DNA of 64,000 bases from NCBI GenBank assembly GCA_965202925.1, contig CBDBCG010000006.1, forward strand, positions 120,002-184,001, given 5' to 3'. Position 1 is the first letter of the stretch. Each line of letters opens with the position of its first letter. The notes under the pieces are model-generated. The model searched no databases. It had not been told where the DNA came from and saw nothing but the letters and a program-made list of their open reading frames with translations. Below are positions 47,025 to 59,286 of this stretch, one piece after another. A program made the translations under genes and the position numbers. The DNA comes from Alphaproteobacteria bacterium (GTDB lineage: Bacteria > Pseudomonadota > Alphaproteobacteria > Bin65).

Positions 47025-49829
47025 TCAGTGCGCCGCGGCCCAGTTGCCGGCGCTGCCGGCGTCGACAACAAGGGGGACGGAGAGATCGACCGCCGGCAGG
47101 GCGGCGCGCTCCATCATCGGCTTGAGCGCCGCGACCGTCCGGTCGACCTCGTCGTCCGGGACCTCGAACAGCAGTTCGTCATGGACCTGGAGCAGCATCC
47201 GCGCGCCCAGCCCTTCGGCCGCCAGCACGGCCGGCACGCGGATCATGGCGCGCTTGATGATGTCGGCCGCCCCGCCCTGCAAGGGCGCGTTGATCGCCTG
47301 GCGCTCGGCGAAGGCGCGGTGCGACGGGCTCTTGTCGCCGATGCCGGTGACGTGGATTTTGCGGCCGAACGGCGTCACGACATGGCCGTTGCGCCGGGCG
47401 AAGTCCTTGGTCGTTTCCATATAATCGCGGATGCCCGGGAACTTCTCGAAATAGGCGTCGATGAAGGCGCGGGCCTCGCCACGGTCGATGCGCAGTTGGT
47501 TGGCAAGGCCAAAGGCCGAGATGCCGTAGATGATGCCGAAATTGATCGCCTTGGCCCGGCGCCGGACCATCGGGTCCATGCCGTCGACCGGCACGCCGAA
47601 CACCTCCGAGGCCGTCATGGCGTGGATATCGACGCCGTTGCGGAACGCATCCTTCAGCACGTCCATGTCGGCGACATGGGCCAGCAGGCGCAATTCGATC
47701 TGGGAATAATCGAGCGAGACCAGCTTGTGCCCGTCCGCCGGAACGAAGGCCTCGCGGATGCGCCGGCCCTCCTCGGTGCGCACCGGGATATTCTGCAGGT
47801 TCGGATCGTTGGACGAGAGCCGGCCGGTCGAGGCGACCGCCATGGCGTAGGACGTGTGGACCCGGCCGGTTCGCGGGTGGATCTCGCCGACCAGGGCATC
47901 GGTGTAGGTGTTCTTGAGCTTGGCGAGCTGCCGCCAGTCGAGCACCCGCGCCGGCAGGTCGTGGCCCTGGGCGGCGAGGCTCTCCAGCACGTCCGCCCCG
48001 GTGCCCCAGGCGCCGGTCTTGGTCTTGCGGCCGCCCTCCAGGCCCATCCGGTCGAACAGGATCTCGCCGAGCTGCTTGGGCGAGCCGATGGCGAATTGTT
48101 CGCCGGCGAGGTCGTAGACCGCCTCCTCGTAGCCGGCCATGCGCTGCTCGAAATCGCCGGACAGGCGCTTCAGGTGGCCGGCGTCGACCTTGATCCCGGT
48201 GCGCTCCATCTGCGCCAGCACGGGGATGAGCGGCCGCTCCAGCGTCTCGTAGACGGTGGTCACCCGCTCGGCGACCAGGCGCGGCTTGAGCAATCGGTGC
48301 AGCCGCAAGGTTATCTCGGCGTCCTCGGCGGCATAGTCGGTCGCCTTGTCCAGGTCCACCTCGGCGAAAGCGATCTGCGCTTTGCCCTTGCCGCAGACGT
48401 CGGCGTACTTGATCGTGCTGTGCTCGAAATGGCGCATGGCCAGATCGTCCAGGCCGTGCTTGTGGCGGCCGGCGTCGCAGGCGTAGCTGAGCAGCATGGT
48501 GTCGTCGACCGGCGCGATGCCGATGCCGTAGCCGGCCATCACCACCGCGTCGTATTTGATGTTGTGGCCGATCTTCAGGGTCGCCGGGTCTTCCAGCAGG
48601 TCCTTGAGCAGGGCGAGCGCCCGCCCGAAGGGGATCTGCGCCGGCGCCGCCGCGCCGTCGAGCGCCAGGGCCGCGCCGCCGTCCGTTCCCGGCGCGACAT
48701 GGGCGAGCGGCACATAGCAGGCCCGGCCCGGCTCGACGGCCAGCGAAAATCCGACCAGCTCGGCGCGCATCTCGTTCAAGGACGTCGTCTCGGTATCGAA
48801 GGCGACGGTGCCGCGCTCGCGCGCCAGCGCGATCCATTCGGCGAGCCGCGCCTCGTCCTGCACCGCCTCGTAGACCGCGGCCTCCGGGGCCGGCGCCCCG
48901 CCGAGCGCCCCGGCCGCCTCGTCCGCCGGCGCCTCGATCAGCCCGGCTTCGACGAAGCCGGCCTCGAGCCGGCGGGTGATGGTGCGGAACTCCTGTTCGC
49001 GCAGGAAGCCGAGCAGGGTTTCCGGCTCCGGCGGCTCCAGGCGGAAATCCTCGACCGCCGCATCGGTCGGCACATCGTCTTTCAGCACGACCAGATCGCG
49101 CGACAGCCGCGCCTGATCGGCGAATTCGATCAGGTTTTCGCGCCGCTTGTTCTGCTTGATCTCCGAGGCGCGGGCGAGCAGCGTATCGAGGTCACCGAAT
49201 TCGCCGATCAGCAGCGCCGCCGTCTTCTGGCCGATGCCGGGCACGCCGGGCACATTGTCGGTGCTGTCGCCCATCAGCGCCTGGACGTCGACCACCTTGT
49301 CCGGCGCCACGCCGAACTTTTCGGCCACCTCCGGGGCGGCGATCCGCTTGTCCTTCATCGGATCGAACATGGTGACGCTGTCGTTCACCAGCTGCATCAG
49401 GTCCTTGTCGGACGAGACGATGACCGTCCGGAACCCCTTGGCCGTGGCCTCCCTGGCGAAGGTGGCGATCAGGTCGTCGGCCTCGTAGCCCTCCAGTTCG
49501 ATGCAGGGCAGGTTGAAGGCGCGGGTCGCCTCGCGCACCAGGGCGAACTGCGGGCGCAATTCCTCCGGCGGCTCGTCGCGGTTGGCCTTGTATTCGGGAT
49601 AGAGATCGTTGCGGAAGGTCTTGGAGGAGGCGTCGAAGATCACCGCCACATAATCCTCCGCCTGATCCGAGCGCACCTGCTCGATCAGCTTCACGATCAT
49701 GTTGCAGAAGCCGTTGACGGCGTTGGTGTGGACGCCGTCGGAGCGCCTGAACGAATCGACCGGAATGGCGTGAAACGCCCGGAAGATATAGGCGGAGCCG
49801 TCGATCAGATAGAGGTTCGGGGCGGGCAT
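47025..49829 (-). CDS. polA: DNA polymerase I
   Basis: The ATG is the complement of 49827-49829 (MPAPNLYLIDGSAYIFRAFHA), giving the 5'-nuclease domain. A 3'-5' exonuclease region (FDTETTSL) follows. Polymerase motifs RRRAKAINFGIIYG and LLQVHDELLFEV are present. Confidence 0.95.
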   Translation of the reverse strand: MPAPNLYLIDGSAYIFRAFHAIPVDSFRRSDGVHTNAVNGFCNMIVKLIEQVRSDQAEDYVAVIFDASSKTFRNDLYPEYKANRDEPPEELRPQFALVREATRAFNLPCIELEGYEADDLIATFAREATAKGFRTVIVSSDKDLMQLVNDSVTMFDPMKDKRIAAPEVAEKFGVAPDKVVDVQALMGDSTDNVPGVPGIGQKTAALLIGEFGDLDTLLARASEIKQNKRRENLIEFADQARLSRDLVVLKDDVPTDAAVEDFRLEPPEPETLLGFLREQEFRTITRRLEAGFVEAGLIEAPADEAAGALGGAPAPEAAVYEAVQDEARLAEWIALARERGTVAFDTETTSLNEMRAELVGFSLAVEPGRACYVPLAHVAPGTDGGAALALDGAAAPAQIPFGRALALLKDLLEDPATLKIGHNIKYDAVVMAGYGIGIAPVDDTMLLSYACDAGRHKHGLDDLAMRHFEHSTIKYADVCGKGKAQIAFAEVDLDKATDYAAEDAEITLRLHRLLKPRLVAERVTTVYETLERPLIPVLAQMERTGIKVDAGHLKRLSGDFEQRMAGYEEAVYDLAGEQFAIGSPKQLGEILFDRMGLEGGRKTKTGAWGTGADVLESLAAQGHDLPARVLDWRQLAKLKNTYTDALVGEIHPRTGRVHTSYAMAVASTGRLSSNDPNLQNIPVRTEEGRRIREAFVPADGHKLVSLDYSQIELRLLAHVADMDVLKDAFRNGVDIHAMTASEVFGVPVDGMDPMVRRRAKAINFGIIYGISAFGLANQLRIDRGEARAFIDAYFEKFPGIRDYMETTKDFARRNGHVVTPFGRKIHVTGIGDKSPSHRAFAERQAINAPLQGGAADIIKRAMIRVPAVLAAEGLGARMLLQVHDELLFEVPDDEVDRTVAALKPMMERAALPAVDLSVPLVVDAGSAGNWAAAH

Positions 49830-50092
49830 GGCGGTCCCCTGATCCTGTTCGTGGGTCAAGGCCGGAGCGCGGCGCGGCCCCCGCCGCAACGACACCTAGA
49901 GCCTGTCCGTCTCGGCCGGAATCGTTCCGGTGTGGCGCCCCTCGATACGGCCCTTCGGGCCTGCCCGGGACGAGGGAGAAAATCTGCCGGCCATAACAAC
50001 TCCCTCACCCTGAGCGGCCCCGGATTTTACCCGGGGCGTATCGAAGGATGCGCCTCGGCTGCGTCGGCGCTTCCATCAAGAACCGACGAATT

Positions 50093-50725
50093 CTAGCGCA
50101 TTTTGGACCAGGCAAGCGGAACCAGGATTTCGGACCGGGCGTCGAAGACCAGCGATGCGATCTCACGCTGGATTTCCGCCCACTCCGCATCCGCCATCAT
50201 GGCCGCGCGCTGCGCTGTCCGGATATCCATGGAGGGATGGGCAACCATGTGCGAGAACTCGTCCGGCAGTCCCGCTTCCGTGATCCACATGCCGACATCG
50301 CACACATGATTCTTGCGGATCGCCGCCGCGCGCGCCATGTGCGACGCATACCGGGAGACCTGCCCCGGCGCCGTCCTGTAATAGCGGTATTCGTAGATGT
50401 TGTCGGCGGCCTCCTCGATCCGCACCGGCATGACCGGCTTCAGGATCCGCGTCTCGCGCTGCAGGAGATGCGGCGACACCTTCGACAGGAATTCGCTCTG
50501 CCAGCGGGCGTCTTGCGCCAGGCCTTCCCGCTTCTCCCGGTAATCCTCGTAGCCGTCGTAGACGGAAAGCCGCCAGAGGCGGTTGAGCGCGCCGATTTCG
50601 GCCGTCCAAAGCCCGATCGTCTCCCCGTATTGCGGGCTCAGGATTTCGTGGGTCTGTTGACTGAGGGACAGGACCTCGGGCATCGCGCCCGGCTTTATCG
50701 TGATCGTTCTCATTTCGTAGATCAT
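50093..50725 (-). CDS. NIPSNAP-domain protein
   Basis: Within ORF 50093..50782, started at MIYEMRTITIKPGAMPEVL. A second repeat reads IYEYRYYRTAPGQVSRY. This gives two NIPSNAP-like halves. Confidence 0.7.
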   Translation of the reverse strand: MIYEMRTITIKPGAMPEVLSLSQQTHEILSPQYGETIGLWTAEIGALNRLWRLSVYDGYEDYREKREGLAQDARWQSEFLSKVSPHLLQRETRILKPVMPVRIEEAADNIYEYRYYRTAPGQVSRYASHMARAAAIRKNHVCDVGMWITEAGLPDEFSHMVAHPSMDIRTAQRAAMMADAEWAEIQREIASLVFDARSEILVPLAWSKMR

Positions 50726-50871
50726 CCCGATCTTCCCCCGTCCGGCGGTCCGCTCGATCCCGCGGGTCAGACACACCGACAAGATGCACGATTCGGGGTC
50801 CCGGCGGAACCCGACAAAATTGATAACCGCGCCATCCTCCTGTAGTGCCTTGAGACCGACGGAGGATCGAA

Positions 50872-52434
50872 ATGTTCGAAAATCTGCGGAACGAGAAACG
50901 GCCGCCCTATGCGGCCACGATCTTCTCGGCGGACCTCAAGGCCGGCATAACCCTGACGGCAAGCTACGTCCCGACGGCGATGGCGCTCGGCGTCATCTCC
51001 GGCCTGGGCCCGCTCGCGGGGCTCTGGTGCGGCGTGCTGGTCGGGCTCGTCGCGGCGCTGTGCGGCGGCACACGCGCCCTGGTGAGCGGCCCCAGCGCCG
51101 TGCTCGCGGTCGTCACCGCCACCCTGGTCACCGGAATCCAGTTCAGCCTGTCCGAAATCGCCGTCATCATCGTCATGGCCGGCGCCATGCAGATCGGCCT
51201 CGGGCTCGCCGGAATCGGCCGCTTCGTCTCCTACATGCCGCACATCGTGCTGACCGGGTTCATGTCGGGCATCGGCGTGCTGCTGCTCTGGAAGCAGACC
51301 TACAAGCTGTTCCACCTCGGGACGGCCGACCTCGCGATCGCCGCCGGCGGCCTGGTCCTGATGGCCGTCTGGCCGGCAAGGGCGGGCAGGTTCCTGCCCT
51401 CGGCGCTTGCCGTCGTCGCGATCGGCTGGCTCGCGACATGGTTCCTGCCCGGCGCCGAACGGCTGGGGCCGGTTCCCGTCGGACTGCCGGTCCCGGTCAT
51501 CGAGATGCCATCCCTCGAATTCCTGCCCGAAGCGGTCGGCCCGGCGGCCCTCGTCGCCCTCATCAGCTCGGTCTATACCCTGATGTGGTCGCTGATCGCC
51601 GATACCTTCACCAACTCGCAGCACAACCCGAACCGCGAACTGGTTGCCCAGGGCCTCGGCAATCTGGTCGCGGGCGCCGTCGGCGTCCTTCCCGGCGGCG
51701 GGACCATCGCCACCATGTCGGCGCGCCGGTTCGGCGGGAAAACCGTGATCGCAGGGGTCGTCTGCCTGCTCATCATCGCGGCGCTGATCCTCAGCCTGGG
51801 GCCCTATGTTGCGCCGCTTCCGATCGCGGCGCTCATCGCCATCGTCATTCTCGTCGGCTGGAAGATGATCGACTTTTCCTTCCTGCGGAAGATCCGCCGG
51901 ATGGATGCGAAATACTCGTCGGTCATGTTGCTAACCATGGGCGCAACCATCTTCGTCGATCCGTTTTTCGCCATCGTTCTCGGCGTCATCGCGGCGAACA
52001 TCGTCAACGCCTCGCGGATCGAAGCCCTCGAGCTGGACAGCGTGGTCTCCGTCCCGATCCTCGATTCCACCTTCGACCCCGCGGCCGGAACCTTCGATGC
52101 CCATGTCGGCCTTCTCGCGTTTCGCGGCACGTTCACGGTGTCCTCGTCGCGCAAGCTGATCCGCCAGGCCGGCGACGATATCCGCGACCATGAGGTCGTG
52201 ATTTTCGACTTTTCCGGCACGACGCATGTCGACGACAGCGCAGCGAACGTGATCGCCGTGCTCGTCGACCGGGCGAAGCAGACGGGGACCGAAGTCGTCG
52301 TCTGCGGCGACACGAGCCGTATCTCCCGGACCCTCTACGCCTTCGGCGTCCTCGACCGCATCCCGAAGGACCGCATCGTCGAAACCGAGGAAGAAGCCAG
52401 GACCCTCGCCTGGTCCCTGGTGAAGCGGGGGTAG
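50872..52434 (+). CDS. SulP-family anion transporter with C-terminal STAS domain
   Basis: Polytopic N-terminal region (~400 aa). The C-terminus VVIFDFSGTTHVDDSAANVIAVLVDRAKQTGTEVVVCG is STAS-like. Confidence 0.9.
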   Translation: MFENLRNEKRPPYAATIFSADLKAGITLTASYVPTAMALGVISGLGPLAGLWCGVLVGLVAALCGGTRALVSGPSAVLAVVTATLVTGIQFSLSEIAVIIVMAGAMQIGLGLAGIGRFVSYMPHIVLTGFMSGIGVLLLWKQTYKLFHLGTADLAIAAGGLVLMAVWPARAGRFLPSALAVVAIGWLATWFLPGAERLGPVPVGLPVPVIEMPSLEFLPEAVGPAALVALISSVYTLMWSLIADTFTNSQHNPNRELVAQGLGNLVAGAVGVLPGGGTIATMSARRFGGKTVIAGVVCLLIIAALILSLGPYVAPLPIAALIAIVILVGWKMIDFSFLRKIRRMDAKYSSVMLLTMGATIFVDPFFAIVLGVIAANIVNASRIEALELDSVVSVPILDSTFDPAAGTFDAHVGLLAFRGTFTVSSSRKLIRQAGDDIRDHEVVIFDFSGTTHVDDSAANVIAVLVDRAKQTGTEVVVCGDTSRISRTLYAFGVLDRIPKDRIVETEEEARTLAWSLVKRG

Positions 52435-52479
52435 GGGGTCTTTTCGGAATCTTGTCGAGGCGGCGGCCGGCAGACGCCC

Positions 52480-54210
<1,731 letters not shown>

Positions 54211-54479
54211 GACGGCGGAGGGTTCGGAACGGAAGGACTGGCGGGAAGACAGGTGCCAGAAGCCGGGCCGCCGGGAAAGCGGCCATATCGCCCGGCCCTT
54301 GTCGCCTTCTCCTTCGACGCCGCCTTCGCCGACTGACGTATAGCCGCAGACTTGCGGCGGTCTCGGGTGATATAACCGGCCGCCGGAAATCCGGCCGCAA
54401 CGCCGGCTCACGCCCGGAAACGGTCGGGACGGGGCGAGGCCGGCATCCCGCGGTCGTATCACCCGGCGCCGGCGTGCAG

Positions 54480-55463
54480 ATGAAGCATTACACCGAACGC
54501 ACACTCGTTACCGGGGGAGCCGGTTTCATCGGCTCGCATCTCTGCGCGCGGCTGATTCGCGAGGGCTGCGACGTCATCTGCCTCGACAATCTGTTCACCG
54601 GCGCCAAGGCGAACATCGCCCCTCTTCTCGGCGCGCCGAACTTCGAATTCATCCGCCACGACGTAACGGAGCCGCTGCGCCTTGAGGTGGACCGCATCTT
54701 CAACCTCGCCTGCCCGGCGAGCCCGGTGCACTACAAGCACGATCCTGTGCAGACCGTGAAAACCTCGGTACACGGGGCCATCAACATGCTGGATCTCGCC
54801 CGGCGCTGCGGCGCACGCATCCTGCAGGCCTCGACCAGCGAGGTGTACGGCGATCCGCTCACCCATCCCCAGGCGGAAGACGATTGGGGCAATGTCAACC
54901 CGATCGGCCCGCGCGCCTGCTACGACGAAGGCAAACGCTGCGCCGAGACCCTGTTCTTCGACTATTACCGCCAGTACGGGGTCGATATCCGGGTCGCGCG
55001 CATCTTCAACACCTACGGCCCGCACATGCACGCGTCCGACGGGCGCGTGGTCTCCAATTTCATCGTCCAGGCCCTGCTCGGCCGGCCGCTGACCATCGCC
55101 GGCGACGGCAGCCAGACCCGGTCCTTCTGCTATGTCGACGATCTGGTCGACGGCCTGCTGGGCTATATGGCGCTCGACGATGCGCCGCCGGGGCCGGTCA
55201 ATTTCGGCAACCCGCAGGAGACCGCCATCGCGCAGCTCGCCGAAACGATCGTGCGGCTCTGCGACAGCGGCTCGTCGACGGAGTTCGTTCCGCTGCAGGA
55301 AGACGATCCCGCGCGGCGGCGCCCGGATATTTCGCGCGCCGCCCGGTTGCTCGGCTGGTCCCCCGACACCGGACTGGAAGCGGGCCTCGGAGAGACCATC
55401 ACCTGGTTTCGCGAGTTGCTGCGCACCGTGCCGGAAGACCGGATCGATGTCGCCCGGCCATGA
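54480..55463 (+). CDS. UDP-glucuronate decarboxylase (UXS-type extended SDR)
   Basis: [18 protein letters not shown]...DNLFTG...YDEGKR...NTYGP. The ATG at 54480 is preferred to the GTG at 54474. Confidence 0.85.
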   Translation: MKHYTERTLVTGGAGFIGSHLCARLIREGCDVICLDNLFTGAKANIAPLLGAPNFEFIRHDVTEPLRLEVDRIFNLACPASPVHYKHDPVQTVKTSVHGAINMLDLARRCGARILQASTSEVYGDPLTHPQAEDDWGNVNPIGPRACYDEGKRCAETLFFDYYRQYGVDIRVARIFNTYGPHMHASDGRVVSNFIVQALLGRPLTIAGDGSQTRSFCYVDDLVDGLLGYMALDDAPPGPVNFGNPQETAIAQLAETIVRLCDSGSSTEFVPLQEDDPARRRPDISRAARLLGWSPDTGLEAGLGETITWFRELLRTVPEDRIDVARP

Positions 55464-56481
55464 GGCGGGCCGGCGTGAGACGGTCTGGGCCGTCGTCACC
55501 CCCGTCTTCGAGGACGGCGACTCCTTTGCCGCGCTGTGCCGGAACCTGGCGCGCATCGACGCCGGCGTCGCGCTGGAAATCCTCGCGGTCGACGACGGCA
55601 CGATCGTGGCGCCACCCGCGGCCGACGCGATCCGCGCGGCCGGGCTGGCCGGCCGGATCGTCCGCCTGAAGCGCAATTGCGGGCACCAGACCGCCGTCTG
55701 GGTCGGCCTGACACTGGCGGCTGCGGAGCCGCGCTATGCGGGCGCCGTCGTCATGGACAGCGACGGCGAGGACAGGCCGGAGGATATCGCGCGCCTGATC
55801 GCGGCCGTCGGGCCGGACTGCGACGCCGCAGCCGCGCGCCGCGGACGGCGGCGGGAATCGCTGTCGTTCCGGCTGTTCTACCGGATCTATCGGGTTTTCT
55901 TCGGCCTTATGACGGGCCGCGTGATCCGGTTTGGTAATTTCTGCGCCCTTGGCCGGCGCGCCATGCTGCGCTTGGCCGCCATGCAGGAAACCCGGATCCA
56001 CCTGGCCGCGGCGCTGATCAAGTCGCGGCTGCGGCGGGCGGAAATCCCCTGCGACCGCGGCGCGCGCTATCAGGGCCGGTCGCGGATGAACTTCACCGAC
56101 CTGGCGCTCCACGGCCTGCGCGCGGTCGCCGTGTTCGACGACGCCGTGCTGACCCGGATGGGTGCGATCTGCGCCGGGGCGGCGGCATCGGGCGTGGCGA
56201 TATTCCTGATCGGTCTGGCGCTGAAGCTGTCCGGCCAGACGACGCCCGGCTGGCTGACCTTCGTGACCGGCTTCCTGGTCCTGGTCTTTCTCCAGACCGC
56301 GATCCTCAGCCTGGTCGCGCTGATCATGAACGCGCTCGGCTACCGCTCGCCGGCGGACCTCGAAGCGGCTGCGGCGTCGTTGATCCTGGAGACCGAAACG
56401 GCCGCGGATGAGATCGCCCCAAATGAAGTGACTGGAGCGGGCGGCGGCGATTCCGCCCCCCGCAATCGTTCCGATGCGTGA
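55447..56481 (+). CDS. GT2-family polyprenyl-phosphate glycosyltransferase (ArnC/GtrB-like)
   Basis: Within ORF 55132..56481. The ATG at 55447 overlaps the UXS gene end. Motifs: [17 protein letters not shown] and [13 protein letters not shown] (DxD). Two C-terminal transmembrane segments are present. Confidence 0.8.
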   Translation: MSPGHEAGRRETVWAVVTPVFEDGDSFAALCRNLARIDAGVALEILAVDDGTIVAPPAADAIRAAGLAGRIVRLKRNCGHQTAVWVGLTLAAAEPRYAGAVVMDSDGEDRPEDIARLIAAVGPDCDAAAARRGRRRESLSFRLFYRIYRVFFGLMTGRVIRFGNFCALGRRAMLRLAAMQETRIHLAAALIKSRLRRAEIPCDRGARYQGRSRMNFTDLALHGLRAVAVFDDAVLTRMGAICAGAAASGVAIFLIGLALKLSGQTTPGWLTFVTGFLVLVFLQTAILSLVALIMNALGYRSPADLEAAAASLILETETAADEIAPNEVTGAGGGDSAPRNRSDA

Positions 56482-56881
56482 GGAATCCGGCCGGATCCTG
56501 CGCTTCGTGCTGAACGGCCTGTTCGCGACCGCGGTGCACTACGCCGTCCTCGCCGGTCTGGTGGAAGGCGCCGGCATGGCTTCGGCAGCGATCGCCAACA
56601 CGCTGGCGGCCGTGTGCGGAATCGCGGTGTCCTATGTCGGCAACCGCAGCTTCGTGCTGAGAAGCCGCGCGCCCCACCGCCGGGCGGGGCCCCGGTTTCT
56701 CGCCGGCTATGCCGCCGTCGTCGCGCTCCATGGCGGGGCGATGGCGCTCTGGGCGGATCTCGGCGGTCTGGACTACCGGATCGGCTTCGTGCTGTTCACC
56801 GGGGCGGCGGCGGTTCTCACCTATCTTCTGAACCGGTTTTTCGTGTTCCGGGAGCCCCGGGCGGAATTACCGTCCAGGTAA
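56474..56881 (+). CDS. GtrA-family membrane protein (putative lipid-linked sugar translocase)
   Basis: ILRFVLNGLFATAVHYAVLAGLV...VSYVGNRSFVL...LNRFFVF. 135 aa with 4 transmembrane segments. It overlaps the upstream stop. Confidence 0.8.
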   Translation: MREESGRILRFVLNGLFATAVHYAVLAGLVEGAGMASAAIANTLAAVCGIAVSYVGNRSFVLRSRAPHRRAGPRFLAGYAAVVALHGGAMALWADLGGLDYRIGFVLFTGAAAVLTYLLNRFFVFREPRAELPSR

Positions 56882-58319
56882 TCCGGATCGGGCGCGCCGT
56901 CGGCGAGTCGCTCCAGCGGAAGGTTTCGCGCCGCAGCGGCTGCCCGGCGGCGAGCGCCGCCAGCCCCGGCGGGAGTTTCCTGCCGGTCCGCCACACCGCC
57001 AGCGCGCCCCGTTCGGCGATATCCCGCGCCGTGGCCCAGGGCGACTTCCGTGCGTCGGCATTGATCGACACGGAGGGGGTTCCGGGCGCCTTCAGCGCAA
57101 CCAGCCCGGCGACCCAGTAATGGCCGGCAACGATCCGCGGCGGCGCGCCGGTTTCTTCGGCATAGCCGCGCAGCAGCCGGCCGGCGATCTCGTCCTGCGG
57201 CCAGGCGACCCGCACCGGCTTGTCGGAGATCGCCGCGCCGGACAGCACCGCGGCGGCGTAGGCCGCCGGGACCAGCACGAGCAGCCCGGCGGCCATCGCG
57301 CCGAGCCGGGCGAGCCGCCGCCCGTCGACGCGGCCGGGCAACAGCGCGATCAGCAGCAGGCCGGACCAGTTGAACATCGGCATCCCCCACATGTCCTTGA
57401 GCCCGAGGTCGCCGGCGACGGCCAGCAGCAGCGTCAGGACGAGCGGCCCGAGGCCCATGAAAAGGAGGAAACGCCGCGCCCGGGCCTCCGCCGCCGGACG
57501 GCGCGCGGCGCCGGTGCCGAACAGCCCGGCGGCCAGCGCCATCAGCGCGAACACGCCATGGTCCGCCAACTGGGCCAGCAGGAACGACACGGGGTCACCG
57601 GCCCGGCCCGAGGCCGCCCGCGTGGCCGCATAGTCGAGCGGCAGGAAGCCGCTTTCGATCAGGAAAGCGGCCTGCGGCGCCGCGACCAGGGCGCATGCGG
57701 CCAGCGCGATCCAGGGGCCGGGCCGGACCAGGCGGGCGCGGGCCGGCGCATCCGCCAGCATCCAGACGGCTGCAACCGCGAGCAGCAGGCCGGACGAGTA
57801 TTTCGCCCAGAGCGACAGGCCGGCGAACGCTCCGAGCAGGATCCACCAGACCAGGCGCCCGCCCTGCACCGCGCGCCACAGTGCCAGGCCGGTCCAGGCC
57901 CAGAGCGGCATTTGCACGAGATTGTGGTTCACCTCCGGAGTCGGCCAGGAATAATAGAAGATGCCGGTCAGCAGGAGCGTGCCGGCGAGCGCCCGGCCGG
58001 GTCCCAGCAGGTCCCGGCCCAGCAGGTAGACGGCGACGAAGCTCGCGGCGACGCAGCCCTGGCCGAACAGGTAGACCGGCCAGAGCGCGCCGAAGGAGGC
58101 CCGGCGGACCGCTTCGAGCAGCAAACCGGGCAGGTTGGGATGCTTGTAGGTCGCGACGACGCCTTCCCGGCCCCAGACCAGCATCTCGACGACATCGAGC
58201 GGCGGCGCGCTGTGGGTCAGCGCAGGCGCCAGGGTCCAGAGAAGCGCCTGGGCCGCGCACAGCGCTACGAGCGCGCGCCCGGGTCGCGCCGTAACGGCTT
58301 CGAATAAGGCCATCGGCAA
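56817..58319 (-). CDS. ArnT/PMT-like (GT39/GT83) membrane glycosyltransferase
   Basis: 500 aa and highly hydrophobic. N-terminus APPLDVVEMLVWGREGVVATYKHPNLPGLL. The C-terminal third is soluble. Confidence 0.75.
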   Translation of the reverse strand: MPMALFEAVTARPGRALVALCAAQALLWTLAPALTHSAPPLDVVEMLVWGREGVVATYKHPNLPGLLLEAVRRASFGALWPVYLFGQGCVAASFVAVYLLGRDLLGPGRALAGTLLLTGIFYYSWPTPEVNHNLVQMPLWAWTGLALWRAVQGGRLVWWILLGAFAGLSLWAKYSSGLLLAVAAVWMLADAPARARLVRPGPWIALAACALVAAPQAAFLIESGFLPLDYAATRAASGRAGDPVSFLLAQLADHGVFALMALAAGLFGTGAARRPAAEARARRFLLFMGLGPLVLTLLLAVAGDLGLKDMWGMPMFNWSGLLLIALLPGRVDGRRLARLGAMAAGLLVLVPAAYAAAVLSGAAISDKPVRVAWPQDEIAGRLLRGYAEETGAPPRIVAGHYWVAGLVALKAPGTPSVSINADARKSPWATARDIAERGALAVWRTGRKLPPGLAALAAGQPLRRETFRWSDSPTARPIRITWTVIPPGAPGTRKTGSEDR

Positions 58320-58348
58320 ATCGGCCGCCTTGCGCCGCGGCGTGCCGG

Positions 58349-59200
58349 TCAGGCCGGCCGGTCGCCGGCGATGGAAATGCGGTGCATGAGGCGCCGGTGG
58401 CCGTGATAGTCGTTGAGCGGATAGTGCTGGGAGGCCCGGTTGTCCCAGAAGGCCAGCGCGCCAGGCGTCCAGACGAAGCGGCAGGTGAACTCGGCCTGGA
58501 TCTGGTGCCGGAACAGGTAATCCAGGATCGGCGCGCTTTCCGCCTCCGTCATGCCCTCGAAGCGCGTCGTGTGCCCGGCATTGACGTAGAGCGCCGGCCG
58601 GCCGGTTTCCGGATGGGTGCGCATGACCGGGTGGACGGCCTCCTTCAACGTCTTCGCGTCCGCGCCCGGCCCGCCGGCATCGCCCCGGTTGCGGGTGATC
58701 TGGGCCGAGGCCTTGGCCGAACTGTTGACCGCGCGCAGCGGCCGGAGCATCGCCTTCAACCCGTCGGACAGGGTCTCCCAGGCGAGATACTGGTTGGCGA
58801 ACAGGGTATCGCCGCCGGCCGGCGGCAGTTCCCGCGCCGCCAGCATCGCGCCCATCGGCGGCTCTGGGGTGTAGGTGGTGTCGGAATGCCAGACGCCGCC
58901 GAAATTGACCCGTTCGTGCTCCAGCTTGAGGACCGGCGCGACTTCCGGAAAGCCGTCGATGCCCTCGACCATGGGATAGGGCACCGGCCGGCCGAAACGG
59001 CGCGCGAAGGCCAACTGCTGCGCCGGGGTAATGTCCTGGTCGCGGAAGAAGATCACCAGATGGTCGAGCAACGCCCGCCGGATCGCGGCGACCGTGGCAT
59101 CAGGGAGGTCGGCCGCCAGATCGACGCCGTGAATTTCCGCGCCGATCGCCGGCGCGATCGGCACGACCTTTAGATCGCTCGCGGTCGTTGCCCCGTCCAT
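58349..59200 (-). CDS. TauD/TfdA-family Fe(II)/2-oxoglutarate dioxygenase
   Basis: IGAEIHGVDLA...FFRDQDITPAQQLAFARRFG...WHSDTTY...RLMHRISIAG. Confidence 0.85.
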   Translation of the reverse strand: MDGATTASDLKVVPIAPAIGAEIHGVDLAADLPDATVAAIRRALLDHLVIFFRDQDITPAQQLAFARRFGRPVPYPMVEGIDGFPEVAPVLKLEHERVNFGGVWHSDTTYTPEPPMGAMLAARELPPAGGDTLFANQYLAWETLSDGLKAMLRPLRAVNSSAKASAQITRNRGDAGGPGADAKTLKEAVHPVMRTHPETGRPALYVNAGHTTRFEGMTEAESAPILDYLFRHQIQAEFTCRFVWTPGALAFWDNRASQHYPLNDYHGHRRLMHRISIAGDRPA

Positions 59201-59286
59201 GCCCGGATTGAAGCGGCGGCGCGGGCGCTTGGCAAGCCGAACCTCATCGCGTTGTCCGGCGCATCCGGCCGCGCCATGCGCCGAAA

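Noticed and set aside
46812-50096. 1094-aa plus-strand ORF
   Set aside because: It is antisense to polA and is a typical GC-rich shadow ORF.
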